Shown: positions 43,701 to 58,900 of the stretch, one piece after another
Position numbering within the stretch: position 1 is the first letter of the stretch
Layout of the letters: the number at the start of each line of letters is the position of its first letter
Assembly: GCF_009914755.1 (NCBI RefSeq)
Contig: NC_060925.1
Length of the DNA: 64,000 nt
Reading direction: 5' to 3' (one strand)
Source: the human T2T-CHM13v2.0 reference genome, Homo sapiens
Position numbers and translations under genes: made by a program
The notes under the pieces: generated by a model
Told to the model about the DNA's origin: nothing
Database searches by the model: none
The model's input: the letters and a program-made list of their open reading frames with translations, nothing else

Positions 43701-46700
43701 ATGGTATCAACACCAAACGGAAAAAAACGGAATTATCGAATGGAATCGAAGAGAATCTTCGAACGGACCCGAATGGAATCATCTAATGGAATGGAATGGA
43801 ATAATCCATGGACTCGAATGCAATCATCATCGAATGGAATCGAATGGAATCATCGAATGGACTCGAATGGAATAATCATTGAACGGAATCGAATGGAATC
43901 ATCATCGGATGGAAATGAATGGAATCATCATCGAATGGAATCGAATAGAATTATGGAATGAAATCCAGTGTGATCATCATCGAATGAACCCGAATGGAAT
44001 CATCATCCAACGGAAGCTAATGGAATCAACATCGAATGAATCAAATGGAAACACCATCGAATTGAAACGAATGGAATTATCATGAAATTGAAATGGATGG
44101 ACTCATCATCGAATGGATTCGAATGGAATCATCGAATAAAATTGATTGAAATCATCATCGAATGGAATCGAATGGTATCATTGAATGGAATCGAATGGAA
44201 TCATCATCAGATGGAAATGAATGGAATCGTCATAGAATGGAATCGAATGGATTCATTGAATGGAATCAGATGGAATCATCGAATGGACTGGAATGGAATC
44301 ATTGAATGGACTCGAAAGGGATCATTATTGAATGGAATTGAATGGAATCATCGAATGGTCTCGATTGGAATCATTATCAAATGGAATCGAATGGAATCAC
44401 CGAATAGAATCGAATGGAACAATCATCGAATGGACTCAAATGGAATTATCCTCCAATGGAATGGAATGGAATTATCGAATGCAATCGAATGGAATTATCG
44501 AATGCAATCGAATAGAATCATCGAATGGACTCGAATGGAATCACCGAATGGAATGGAATGGAACAGTCAATGAACTCGAATGGAATCATCATTGAATGGA
44601 ATCGAATGGAATCATCGAGTGGAATCGAATGGAATTATGATCAAATGGAATCGAATGTAATCATCATCAAATGGAATCAAAAATAACCATCATCAATTGG
44701 TATTGAATGGAATTGTCATCAAATGGAATTCAAAGGAATCATCATCAAATGGAACCGAATGGAATCCTCATTGAATGGAAATGAAAGGGGTCATCATCTA
44801 ATGGAATCGCATGGAATCATCATAAAATGGAATCGAATGAAATCAACATCAAATGGAATCAAATGGAATCATTGAACGGAATTGAATGGAATCGTCATCG
44901 AATGAATTGGATGCAATCATCGAATGGTCTCGAATGGAATCTTCTTCAAATGGAATGGAATGGAATCATCGCATAGAATCGAATGGAATTATCATCGAAT
45001 GGAATCGAATGGAATCAACATCAAACGGAAAAAAACGGAATTATCGAATGGAATCGAAGAGAATCATCGAATGGACCCGAATGGAATCATCTAATGGAAT
45101 GGAATGGAATAATCCATGGACTCGAATGCAATCATCATCGAATGGAATCGAATGGAATCATCGAATGGACTCGAATGGAATAATCATTGAACGGAATCGA
45201 TTGGAATCATCATCGGATGGAAACGAATGGAATCATCATCGAATGGAAATGAAAGGAGTCATCATCTAATGGAATTGCATGGAATCATCATAAAATGGAA
45301 TCGAATGGAATCAACATCAAATGGAATCAAATGGAATCATTGAACAGAATTGAATGGAATCGTCATCGAATGAATTGACTGCAATCATCGAATGGTCTCG
45401 AATGGAATCATCTTCAAATGGAATGGAATGGAATCATCGCATAGAATCGAATGGAATTATCATCGAATGGAATCGAATGGAATCAACATCCAACGGAAAA
45501 AAACGGAATTATCGAATGGAATCGAAGAGAATCATCGAATGGACCCGAATGGAATCATCTAATGGAATGGAATGGAATAATCCATGGACTCGAATGCAAT
45601 CATCATCGAATGGAATCGAATGGAATCATCGAATGGACTCGAATGGAATAATCATTGAACGGAATCGAATGGAATCATCATCGGATGGAAATGAATGGAA
45701 TCATCATCGAATGGAATCGAATAGAATTATGGAATGAAATCCAGTGTGATCATCATCGAATGGACCCGAATGGAATCATCATCCAACGGAAGCTAATGGA
45801 ATCAACATCGAATGAATCGAATGGAAACACCATCGAATTGAAACGAATGGAATTATCATGAAATTGAAATGGATGGACTCATCATCGAATGGATTCGAAT
45901 GGAATCATCGAATAAAATTGATTGAAATCATCATCCAATGGAATCGAATGGTATCATTGAATGGAATCGAATGGAATCATCATCAGATGGAAATGAATGG
46001 AATCGTCATAGAATGGAATCGAATGGATTCATTGAATGGAATCAGATGGAATCATCGAATGGACTGGAATGGAATCATTGAATGGACTCGAAAGGGATCA
46101 TGATTGAATGGAATTGAATGGAATCATCGAATGGTCTCGATTGGAATCATTATCAAATGGAATCGAATGGAATCACCGAATAGAATCGAATGGAACAATC
46201 ATCGAATGGACTCAAATGGAATTATCCTCCAATGGAATCGAATGGAATTATCGAATGCAATCGAATGGAATTATCGAATGCAATCGAATAGAATCATCGA
46301 ATGGACTCGAATGGAATCATCGAATGGAATGGAATGGAACAGTCAATGAACACGAATGGAATCATCATTGAATGGAATCGAATGGAATCATCGAGTGGAA
46401 TTGAATGGAATTATGATCAAATGGAATCGAATGTAATCATCATCAAATGGAATCAAAAATAACCATCATCAATTGGTATTGAATGGAATTGTCATCAAAT
46501 GGAATTCAAAGGAATCATCATCAAATGGAACCGAATGGAATCCTCATTGAATGGAAATGAAAGGGGTCATCATCTAATGGAATCGCATGGAATCATCACC
46601 AAATGGAATCGAATGGAATCATCATCAAATGGAATCTAATGGAATCATTGAACAGAATTGAATGGAATCGTCATCGAATGAATTGAATGCAATCATCGAA

Positions 46701-46950
46701 TGGTCTCGAATGGAATCATCTTCTAATGGAAAGGAATGGAATCATCGCATAGAATCGAATGGAATTATCATCGAATGGAATCGAATGGTATCAACACCAA
46801 ACGGAAAAAAACGGAATTATCGAATGGAATCGAAGAGAATCTTCGAACGGACCCGAATGGAATCATCTAATGGAATGGAATGGAATAATCCATGGACTCG
46901 AATGCAATCATCATCGAATGGAATCGAATGGAATCATCGAATGGACTCGA
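40780..46950 (+). repeat. Tandem duplication of ~3084-3094 bp (1776+1308, plus a 10-bp insertion in the first copy)
   Basis: 40785->43879, 41792->44886 and 42260->45354 are +3094, and 43578->46662 is +3084. Shared alleles: gaatgaaccc, atcaccgaatgg, gaatgaaatcaac, ttggatgca, catccaac, gaacacgaat, gtggaattga. Confidence 0.85.
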
Positions 46951-49900
46951 ATGGAATAATCATTGAACGGAATCGAATGGAATCATCATCGGATGGAAAC
47001 GAATGGAATCATCATCGAATGGAAATGAAAGGAGTCATCATCTAATGCAATTGCATGGAATCATCATCAAATGGAATCGTATGGAATCAACATCAAATGG
47101 AATCTAATGGAATCATTGAACAGAATTGAATGGAATCGTCATCGAATGAATTGACTGCAATCATCGAATGGTCTCGAATGGAATCATCTTCTAATGGAAA
47201 GGAATGGAATCATCGCATAGAATCGAATGGAATTATCATCGAATGGAATCGAATGGTATCAACACCAAACGGAAAAAAACGGAATTATCGAAAGGAATCG
47301 AAGAGAATCTTCGAACGGACCCGAATGGAATCATCTAATGGAATGGAATGGAATAATCCATGGACTCGAATGCAATCATCATCGAATGGAATCGAATGGA
47401 ATCATCGAATGGACTCGAATGGAATAATCATTGAACGGAATCGAATGGAATCATCATCGGATGGAAATGAATGGAATCATCATCGAATGGAATCGAATAG
47501 AATTATGGAATGAAATCCAGTGTGATCATCATCGAATGGACCCGAATGGAATCATCATCCAACAGAAGCTAATGGAATCAACATCGAATGAATCGAATGG
47601 AAACACCATCGAATTCAAACGAATGGAATTACCATGAAATTGAAATGGATGGACTCATCCTCGAATGGATTCGGATGGAATCATCGAATAAAATTGATTG
47701 AAATCATCATCGAATGGAATCGAATGGTATCATTGAATGGAATCGAATGGAATCATCATCAGATGGAAATGAATGGAATCGTCATAGAATGGAATCGAAT
47801 GGATTCATTGAATGGAATCAGATGGAATCATCGAATGGACTGGAATGGAATCATTGAATGGACTCGAAAGGGATCATGATTGAATGGAATTGAATGGAAT
47901 CATCGAATGGTCTCGATTGGAATCATTATTAAATGGAATCGAATGGAATCACCGAATAGAATCGAATGGAACAATCATCGAATGGACTCAAATGGAATTA
48001 TCCTCCAATGGAATCGAATGGAATTATCAAATGCAATCGAATGGAATTATCGAATGCAATCGAATAGAATCATCGAATGGACTCGAATGGAATCATCGAA
48101 TGGAATGGAATGGAACAGTCAATGAACTCGAATGGAATCATCATTGAATGGAATCGAATGGAATCATCGAGTGGAATCGAATGGAATTATGATCAAATGG
48201 AATCGAATGTAATCATCATCAAATGGAATCAAAAATAACCATCATCAATTGGTATTGAATGGAATTGTCATCAAATGGAATTCAAAGGAATCATCATCAA
48301 ATGGAACCGAATGGAATCCTCATTGAATGGAAATGAAAGGGGTCATCATCTAATGGAATCGCATGGAATCATCATCAAATGGAATCGAATGGAATCATCA
48401 TCAAATGGAATCTAATGGAATCATTGAACAGAATTGAATGGAATCGTCATCGAATGAATTGAATGCAATCATCGAATGGTCTCGAATGGAATCATCTTCT
48501 AATGGAAAGGAATGGAATCATCGCATAGAATCGAATGGAATTATCATCGAATGGAATCGAATGGTATCAACACCAAACGGAAAAAAACGGAATTATCGAA
48601 TGGAATCGAAGAGAATCTTCGAACGGACCCGAATGGAATCATCTAATGGAATGGAATGGAATAATCCATGGACTCGAATGCAATCATCATCGAATGGAAT
48701 CGAATGGAATCATCGAATGGACTCGAATGGAATAATCATTGAACGGAATCGAATGGAATCATCATCGGATGGAAACGAATGGAATCATCATCGAATGGAA
48801 ATGAAAGGAGTCATCATCTAATGGAATTGCATGGAATCATCATAAAATGGAATCGAATGGAATCAACATCAAATGGAATCAAATGGAATCATTGAACGGA
48901 ATTGAATGGAATCGTCATCGAATGAATTGACTGCAATCATCGAATGGTCTCGAATGGAATCATCTTCAAATGGAATGGAATGGAATCATCGCATAGAATC
49001 GAATGGAATTATCATCGAATGGAATCGAATGGAATCAACATCAAACGGAAAAAAACAGAATTATCGTATGGAATCGAAGAGAATCATCGAGTGGACCCGA
49101 ATGGAATCATCTAATGGAATGGAATGGAATAATCCATGGACTCGAACGCAATCATCATCGAATGGAATCGAATGGAATCATCGAATGGACTCGAATGGAA
49201 TAATCATTGAACGGAATCGAATGGAATCATCATCGGATGGAAATGAATGGAATCATCATCGAATGGAATCGAATAGAATTATGGAATGAAATCCAGTGTG
49301 ATCATCATCGAATGGACCCGAATGGAATCATCATCCAACGGAAGCTAATGGAATCAACATCGAATGAATCGAATGGAAACACCATCGAATTGAAACGAAT
49401 GGAATTATCATGAAATTGAAATGGATGGACTCATCATCGAATGGATTCGAATGGAATCATCGAATAAAATTGATTGAAATCATCATCCAATGGAATCGAA
49501 TGGTATCATTGAATGGAATCGAATGGAATCATCATCAGATGGAAATGAATGGAATCGTCATAGAATGGAATCGAATGGATTCATTGAATGGAATCAGATG
49601 GAATCATCGAATGGACTGGAATGGAATCATTGAATGGACTCGAAAGGGATCATGATTGAATGGAATTGAATGGAATCATCGAATGGTCTCGATTGGAATC
49701 ATTATCAAATGGAATCGAATGGAATCATCGAATAGAATCGAATGGAACAATCATCGAATGGACTCAAATGGAATTATCCTCAAATGGAATCGAATGGAAT
49801 TATCGAATGCAATCGAATGGAATTATCGAATGCAATCGAATAGAATCATCGAATGGACTCGAATGGAATCATCGAATGGAATGGAATGGAACAGTCAATG

Positions 49901-52900
49901 AACACGAATGGAATCATCATTGAATGGAATCGAATGGAATCATCGAGTGGAATCGAATGGAATTATGATCAAATGGAATCGAATGTAATCATCATCAAAT
50001 GGAATCAAAAATAACCATCATCAATTGCTATTGAATGGAATTGTCATCAAATGGAATTCAAAGGAATCATCATCAAATGGAACCGAATGGAATCCTCATT
50101 GAATGGAAATGAAAGGGGTCATCATCTAATGGAATCGCATGGAATCATCACCAAATGGAATCGAATGGAATCATCATCAAATGGAATCTAATGGAATCAT
50201 TGAACAGAATTGAATGGAATCGTCATCGAATGAATTGAATGCAATCATCGAATGGTCTCGAATGGAATCATCTTCTAATGGAAAGGAATGGAATCATCGC
50301 ATAGAATCGAATGGAATTATCATCGAATGGAATCGAATGGTATCAACACCAAACGGAAAAAAACGGAATTATCGAATGGAATCGAAGAGAATCTTCGAAC
50401 GGACCCGAATGGAATCATCTAATGGAATGGAATGGAATAATCCATGGACTCGAATGCAATCATCATCGAATGGAATCGAATGGAATCATCGAATGGACTC
50501 GAATGGAATAATCATTGAACGGAATCGAATGGAATCATCATCGGATGGAAACGAATGGAATCATCATCGAATGGAAATGAAAGGAGTCATCATCTAATGC
50601 AATTGCATGGAATCATCATCAAATGGAATCGTATGGAATCAACATCAAATGGAATCTAATGGAATCATTGAACAGAATTGAATGGAATCGTCATCGAATG
50701 AATTGACTGCAATCATCGAATGGTCTCGAATGGAATCATCTTCTAATGGAAAGGAATGGAATCATCGCATAGAATCGAATGGAATTATCATCGAATGGAA
50801 TCGAATGGTATCAACACCAAACGGAAAAAAACGGAATTATCGAAAGGAATCGAAGAGAATCTTCGAACGGACCCGAATGGAATCATCTAATGGAATGGAA
50901 TGGAATAATCCATGGACTCGAATGCAATCATCATCGAATGGAATCGAATGGAATCATCGAATGGACTCGAATGGAATAATCATTGAACGGAATCGAATGG
51001 AATCATCATCGGATGGAAATGAATGGAATCATCATCGAATGGAATCGAATAGAATTATGGAATGAAATCCAGTGTGATCATCATCGAATGGACCCGAATG
51101 GAATCATCATCCAACAGAAGCTAATGGAATCAACATCGAATGAATCGAATGGAAACACCATCGAATTCAAACGAATGGAATTACCATGAAATTGAAATGG
51201 ATGGACTCATCCTCGAATGGATTCGGATGGAATCATCGAATAAAATTGATTGAAATCATCATCGAATGGAATCGAATGGTATCATTGAATGGAATCGAAT
51301 GGAATCATCATCAGATGGAAATGAATGGAATCGTCATAGAATGGAATCGAATGGATTCATTGAATGGAATCAGATGGAATCATCGAATGGACTGGAATGG
51401 AATCATTGAATGGACTCCAAAGGGATCATGATTGAATGGAATTGAATGGAATCATCGAATGGTCTCGATTGGAATCATTATTAAATGGAATCGAATGGAA
51501 TCACCGAATAGAATCGAATGGAACAATCATCGAATGGACTCAAATGGAATTATCCTCCAATGGAATCGAATGGAATTATCAAATGCAATCGAATGGAATT
51601 ATCGAATGCAATCGAATAGAATCATCGAATGGACTCGAATGGAATCATCGAATGGAATGGAATGGAACAGTCAATGAACTCGAATGGAATCATCATTGAA
51701 TGGAATCGAATGTAATCATCGAGTGGAATCGAATGGAATTATGATCAAATGGAATCGAATGTAATCATCATCAAATGGAATCAAAAATAACCATCATCAA
51801 TTGGTATTGAATGGAATTGTCATCAAATGGAATTCAAAGGAATCATCATCAAATGGAACCGAATGGAATCCTCATTGAATGGAAATGAAAGGGGTCATCA
51901 TCTAATGGAATCGCATGGAATCATCATCAAATGGAATCGAATGGAATCATCATCAAATGGAATCTAATGGAATCATTGAACAGAATTGAATGGAATCGTC
52001 ATCGAATGAATTGAATGCAATCATCGAATGGTCTCGAATGGAATCATCTTCTAATGGAAAGGAATGGAATCATCGCATAGAATCGAATGGAATTATCATC
52101 GAATGGAATCGAATGGTATCAACACCAAACGGAAAAAAACGGAATTATCGAATGGAATCGAAGAGAATCTTCGAACGGACCCGAATGGAATCATCTAATG
52201 GAATGGAATGGAATAATCCATGGACTCGAATGCAATCATCATCGAATGGAATCGAATGGAATCATCGAATGGACTCGAATGGAATAATCATTGAACGGAA
52301 TCGAATGGAATCATCATCGGATGGAAACGAATGGAATCATCATCGAATGGAAATGAAAGGAGTCATCATCTAATGGAATTGCATGGAATCATCATAAAAT
52401 GGAATCGAATGGAATCAACATCAAATGGAATCAAATGGAATCATTGAACGGAATTGAATGGAATCGTCATCGAATGAATTGACTGCAATCATCGAATGGT
52501 CTCGAATGGAATCATCTTCAAATGGAATGGAATGGAATCATCGCATAGAATCGAATGGAATTATCATCGAATGGAATCGAATGGAATCAACATCAAACGG
52601 AAAAAAACAGAATTATCGTATGGAATCGAAGAGAATCATCGAGTGGACCCGAATGGAATCATCTAATGGAATGGAATGGAATAATCCATGGACTCGAACG
52701 CAATCATCATCGAATGGAATCGAATGGAATCATCGAATGGACTCGAATGGAATAATCATTGAACGGAATCGAATGGAATCATCATCGGATGGAAATGAAT
52801 GGAATCATCATCGAATGGAATCGAATAGAATTATGGAATGAAATCCAGTGTGATCATCATCGAATGGACCCGAATGGAATCATCATCCAACGGAAGCTAA

Positions 52901-55900
52901 TGGAATCAACATCGAATGAATCGAATGGAAACACCATCGAATTGAAACGAATGGAATTATCATGAAATTGAAATGGATGGACTCATCATCGAATGGATTC
53001 GAATGGAATCATCGAATAAAATTGATTGAAATCATCATCCAATGGAATCGAATGGTATCATTGAATGGAATAGAATGGAATCATCATCAGATGGAAATGA
53101 ATGGAATCGTCATAGAATGGAATCGAATGGATTCATTGAATGGAATCAGATGGAATCATCGAATGGACTGGAATGGAATCATTGAATGGACTCGAAAGGG
53201 ATCATGATTGAATGGAATTGAATGGAATCATCGAATGGTCTCGATTGGAATCATTATCAAATGGAATCGAATGGAATCATCGAATAGAATCGAATGGAAC
53301 AATCATCGAATGGACTCAAATGGAATTATCCTCCAATGGAATCGAATGGAATTATCGAATGCAATCGAATGGAATTATCGAATGCAATCGAATAGAATCA
53401 TCGAATGGACTCGAATGGAATCATCGAATGGAATGGAATGGAACAGTCAATGAACACGAATGGAATCATCATTGAATGGAATCGAATGGAATCATCGAGT
53501 GGAATTGAATGGAATTATGATCAAATGGAATCGAATGTAATCATCATCAAATGGAATCAAAAATAACCATCATCAATTGCTATTGAATGGAATTGTCATC
53601 AAATGGAATTCAAAGGAATCATCATCAAATGGAACCGAATGGAATCCTCATTGAATGGAAATGAAAGGGGTCATCATCTAATGGAATCGCATGGAATCAT
53701 CACCAAATGGAATCGAATGGAATCATCATCAAATGGAATCTAATGGAATCATTGAACAGAATTGAATGGAATCGTCATCGAATGAATTGAATGCAATCAT
53801 CGAATGGTCTCGAATGGAATCATCTTCTAATGGAAAGGAATGGAATCATCGCATAGAATCGAATGGAATTATCATCGAATGGAATCGAATGGTATCAACA
53901 CCAAACGGAAAAAAACGGAATTATCGAATGGAATCGAAGAGAATCTTCGAACGGACCCGAATGGAATCATCTAATGGAATGGAATGGAATAATCCATGGA
54001 CTCGAATGCAATCATCATCGAATGGAATCGAATGGAATCATCGAATGGACTCGAATGGAATAATCATTGAACGGAATCGAATGGAATCATCATCGGATGG
54101 AAACGAATGGAATCATCATCGAATGGAAATGAAAGGAGTCATCATCTAATGCAATTGCATGGAATCATCATCAAATGGAATCGTATGGAATCAACATCAA
54201 ATGGAATCTAATGGAATCATTGAACAGAATTGAATGGAATCGTCATCGAATGAATTGACTGCAATCATCGAATGGTCTCGAATGGAATCATCTTCTAATG
54301 GAAAGGAATGGAATCATCGCATAGAATCGAATGGAATTATCATCGAATGGAATCGAATGGTATCAACACCAAACGGAAAAAAACGGAATTATCGAAAGGA
54401 ATCGAAGAGAATCTTCGAACGGACCCGAATGGAATCATCTAATGGAATGGAATGGAATAATCCATGGACTCGAATGCAATCATCATCGAATGGAATCGAA
54501 TGGAATCATCGAATGGACTCAAATGGAATAATCATTGAACGGAATCGAATGGAATCATCATCGGATGGAAATGAATGGAATCATCATCGAATGGAATCGA
54601 ATAGAATTATGGAATGAAATCCAGTGTGATCATCATCGAATGGACCCGAATGGAATCATCATCCAACAGAAGCTAATGGAATCAACATCGAATGAATCGA
54701 ATGGAAACACCATCGAATTCAAACGAATGGAATTACCATGAAATTGAAATGGATGGACTCATCCTCGAATGGATTCGGATGGAATCATCGAATAAAATTG
54801 ATTGAAATCATCATCGAATGGAATCGAATGGTATCATTGAATGGAATCGAATGGAATCATCATCAGATGGAAATGAATGGAATCGTCATAGAATGGAATC
54901 GAATGGATTCATTGAATGGAATCAGATGGAATCATCGAATGGACTGGAATGGAATCATTGAATGGACTCGAAAGGGATCATGATTGAATGGAATTGAATG
55001 GAATCATCGAATGGTCTCGATTGGAATCATTATTAAATGGAATCGAATGGAATCACCGAATAGAATCGAATGGAACAATCATCGAATGGACTCAAATGGA
55101 ATTATCCTCCAATGGAATCGAATGGAATTATCAAATGCAATCGAATGGAATTATCGAATGCAATCGAATAGAATCATCGAATGGACTCGAATGGAATCAT
55201 CGAATGGAATGGAATGGAACAGTCAATGAACTCGAATGGAATCATCATTGAATGGAATCGAATGTAATCATCGAGTGGAATCGAATGGAATTATGATCAA
55301 ATGGAATCGAATGTAATCATCATCAAATGGAATCAAAAATAACCATCATCAATTGGTATTGAATGGAATTGTCATCAAATGGAATTCAAAGGAATCATCA
55401 TCAAATGGAACCGAATGGAATCCTCATTGAATGGAAATGAAAGGGGTCATCATCTAATGGAATCGCATGGAATCATCATCAAATGGAATCGAATGGAATC
55501 ATCATCAAATGGAATCTAATGGAATCATTGAACAGAATTGAATGGAATCGTCATCGAATGAATTGAATGCAATCATCGAATGGTCTCGAATGGAATCATC
55601 TTCTAATGGAAAGGAATGGAATCATCGCATAGAATCGAATGGAATTATCATCGAATGGAATCGAATGGTATCAACACCAAACGGAAAAAAACGGAATTAT
55701 CGAATGGAATCGAAGAGAATCTTCGAACGGACCCGAATGGAATCATCTAATGGAATGGAATGGAATAATCCATGGACTCGAATGCAATCATCATCGAATG
55801 GAATGGAATGGAATCATCGAATGGACTCGAATGGAATAATCATTGAACGGAATCGAATGGAATCATCATCGGATGGAAACGAATGGAATCATCATCGAAT

Positions 55901-58900
55901 GGAAATGAAAGGAGTCATCATCTAATGGAATTGCATGGAATCATCATAAAATGGAATCGAATGGAATCAACATCAAATGGAATCAAATGGAATCATTGAA
56001 CGGAATTGAATGGAATCGTCATCGAATGAATTGACTGCAATCATCGAATGGTCTCGAATGGAATCATCTTCAAATGGAATGGAATGGAATCATCGCATAG
56101 AATCGAATGGAATTATCATCGAATGGAATCGAATGGAATCAACATCAAACGGAAAAAAACAGAATTATCGTATGGAATCGAAGAGAATCATCGAGTGGAC
56201 CCGAATGGAATCATCTAATGGAATGGAATGGAATAATCCATGGACTCGAACGCAATCATCATCGAATGGAATCGAATGGAATCATCGAATGGACTCGAAT
56301 GGAATAATCATTGAACGGAATCGAATGGAATCATCATCGGATGGAAATGAATGGAATCATCATCGAATGGAATCGAATAGAATTATGGAATGAAATCCAG
56401 TGTGATCATCATCGAATGGACCCGAATGGAATCATCATCCAACGGAAGCTAATGGAATCAACATCGAATGAATCGAATGGAAACACCATCGAATTGAAAC
56501 GAATGGAATTATCATGAAATTGAAATGGATGGACTCATCATCGAATGGATTCGAATGGAATCATCGAATAAAATTGATTGAAATCATCATCCAATGGAAT
56601 CGAATGGTATCATTGAATGGAATCGAATGGAATCATCATCAGATGGAAATGAATGGAATCGTCATAGAATGGAATCGAATGGATTCATTGAATGGAATCA
56701 GATGGAATCATCGAATGGACTGGAATGGAATCATTGAATGGACTCGAAAGGGATCATGATTGAATGGAATTGAATGGAATCATCGAATGGTCTCGATTGG
56801 AATCATTATCAAATGGAATCGAATGGAATCATCGAATAGAATCGAATGGAACAATCATCGAATGGACTCAAATGGAATTATCCTCCAATGGAATCGAATG
56901 GAATTATCGAATGCAATCGAATGGAATTATCGAATGCAATCGAATAGAATCATCGAATGGACTCGAATGGAATCATCGAATGGAATGGAATGGAACAGTC
57001 AATGAACACGAATGGAATCATCATTGAATGGAATCGAATGGAATCATCGAGTGGAATTGAATGGAATTATGATCAAATGGAATCGAATGTAATCATCATC
57101 AAATGGAATCAAAAATAACCATCATCAATTGCTATTGAATGGAATTGTCATCAAATGGAATTCAAAGGAATCATCATCAAATGGAACCGAATGGAATCCT
57201 CATTGAATGGAAATGAAAGGGGTCATCATCTAATGGAATCGCATGGAATCATCACCAAATGGAATCGAATGGAATCATCATCAAATGGAATCTAATGGAA
57301 TCATTGAACAGAATTGAATGGAATCGTCATCGAATGAATTGAATGCAATCATCGAATGGTCTCGAATGGAATCATCTTCTAATGGAAAGGAATGGAATCA
57401 TCGCATAGAATCGAATGGAATTATCATCGAATGGAATCGAATGGTATCAACACCAAACGGAAAAAAACGGAATTATCGAATGGAATCGAAGAGAATCTTC
57501 GAACGGACCCGAATGGAATCATCTAATGGAATGGAATGGAATAATCCATGGACTCGAATGCAATCATCATCGAATGGAATCGAATGGAATCATCGAATGG
57601 ACTCGAATGGAATAATCATTGAACGGAATCGAATGGAATCATCATCGGATGGAAACGAATGGAATCATCATCGAATGGAAATGAAAGGAGTCATCATCTA
57701 ATGCAATTGCATGGAATCATCATCAAATGGAATCGTATGGAATCAACATCAAATGGAATCTAATGGAATCATTGAACAGAATTGAATGGAATCGTCATCG
57801 AATGAATTGACTGCAATCATCGAATGGTCTCGAATGGAATCATCTTCTAATGGAAAGGAATGGAATCATCGCATAGAATCGAATGGAATTATCATCGAAT
57901 GGAATCGAATGGTATCAACACCAAACGGAAAAAAACGGAATTATCGAAAGGAATCGAAGAGAATCTTCGAACGGACCCGAATGGAATCATCTAATGGAAT
58001 GGAATGGAATAATCCATGGACTCGAATGCAATCATCATCGAATGGAATCGAATGGAATCATCGAATGGACTCGAATGGAATAATCATTGAACGGAATCGA
58101 ATGGAATCATCATCGGATGGAAATGAATGGAATCATCATCGAATGGAATCGAATAGAATTATGGAATGAAATCCAGTGTGATCATCATCGAATGGACCCG
58201 AATGGAATCATCATCCAACAGAAGCTAATGGAATCAACATCGAATGAATCGAATGGAAACACCATCGAATTCAAACGAATGGAATTACCATGAAATTGAA
58301 ATGGATGGACTCATCCTCGAATGGATTCGGATGGAATCATCGAATAAAATTGATTGAAATCATCATCGAATGGAATCGAATGGTATCATTGAATGGAATC
58401 GAATGGAATCATCATCAGATGGAAATGAATGGAATCGTCATAGAATGGAATCGAATGGATTCATTGAATGGAATCAGATGGAATCATCGAATGGACTGGA
58501 ATGGAATCATTGAATGGACTCGAAAGGGATCATGATTGAATGGAATTGAATGGAATCATCGAATGGTCTCGATTGGAATCATTATTAAATGGAATCGAAT
58601 GGAATCACCGAATAGAATCGAATGGAACAATCATCGAATGGACTCAAATGGAATTATCCTCCAATGGAATCGAATGGAATTATCAAATGCAATCGAATGG
58701 AATTATCGAATGCAATCGAATAGAATCATCGAATGGACTCGAATGGAATCATCGAATGGAATGGAATGGAACAGTCAATGAACTCGAATGGAATCATCAT
58801 TGAATGGAATCGAATGTAATCATCGAGTGGAATCGAATGGAATTATGATCAAATGGAATCGAATGTAATCATCATCAAATGGAATCAAAAATAACCATCA

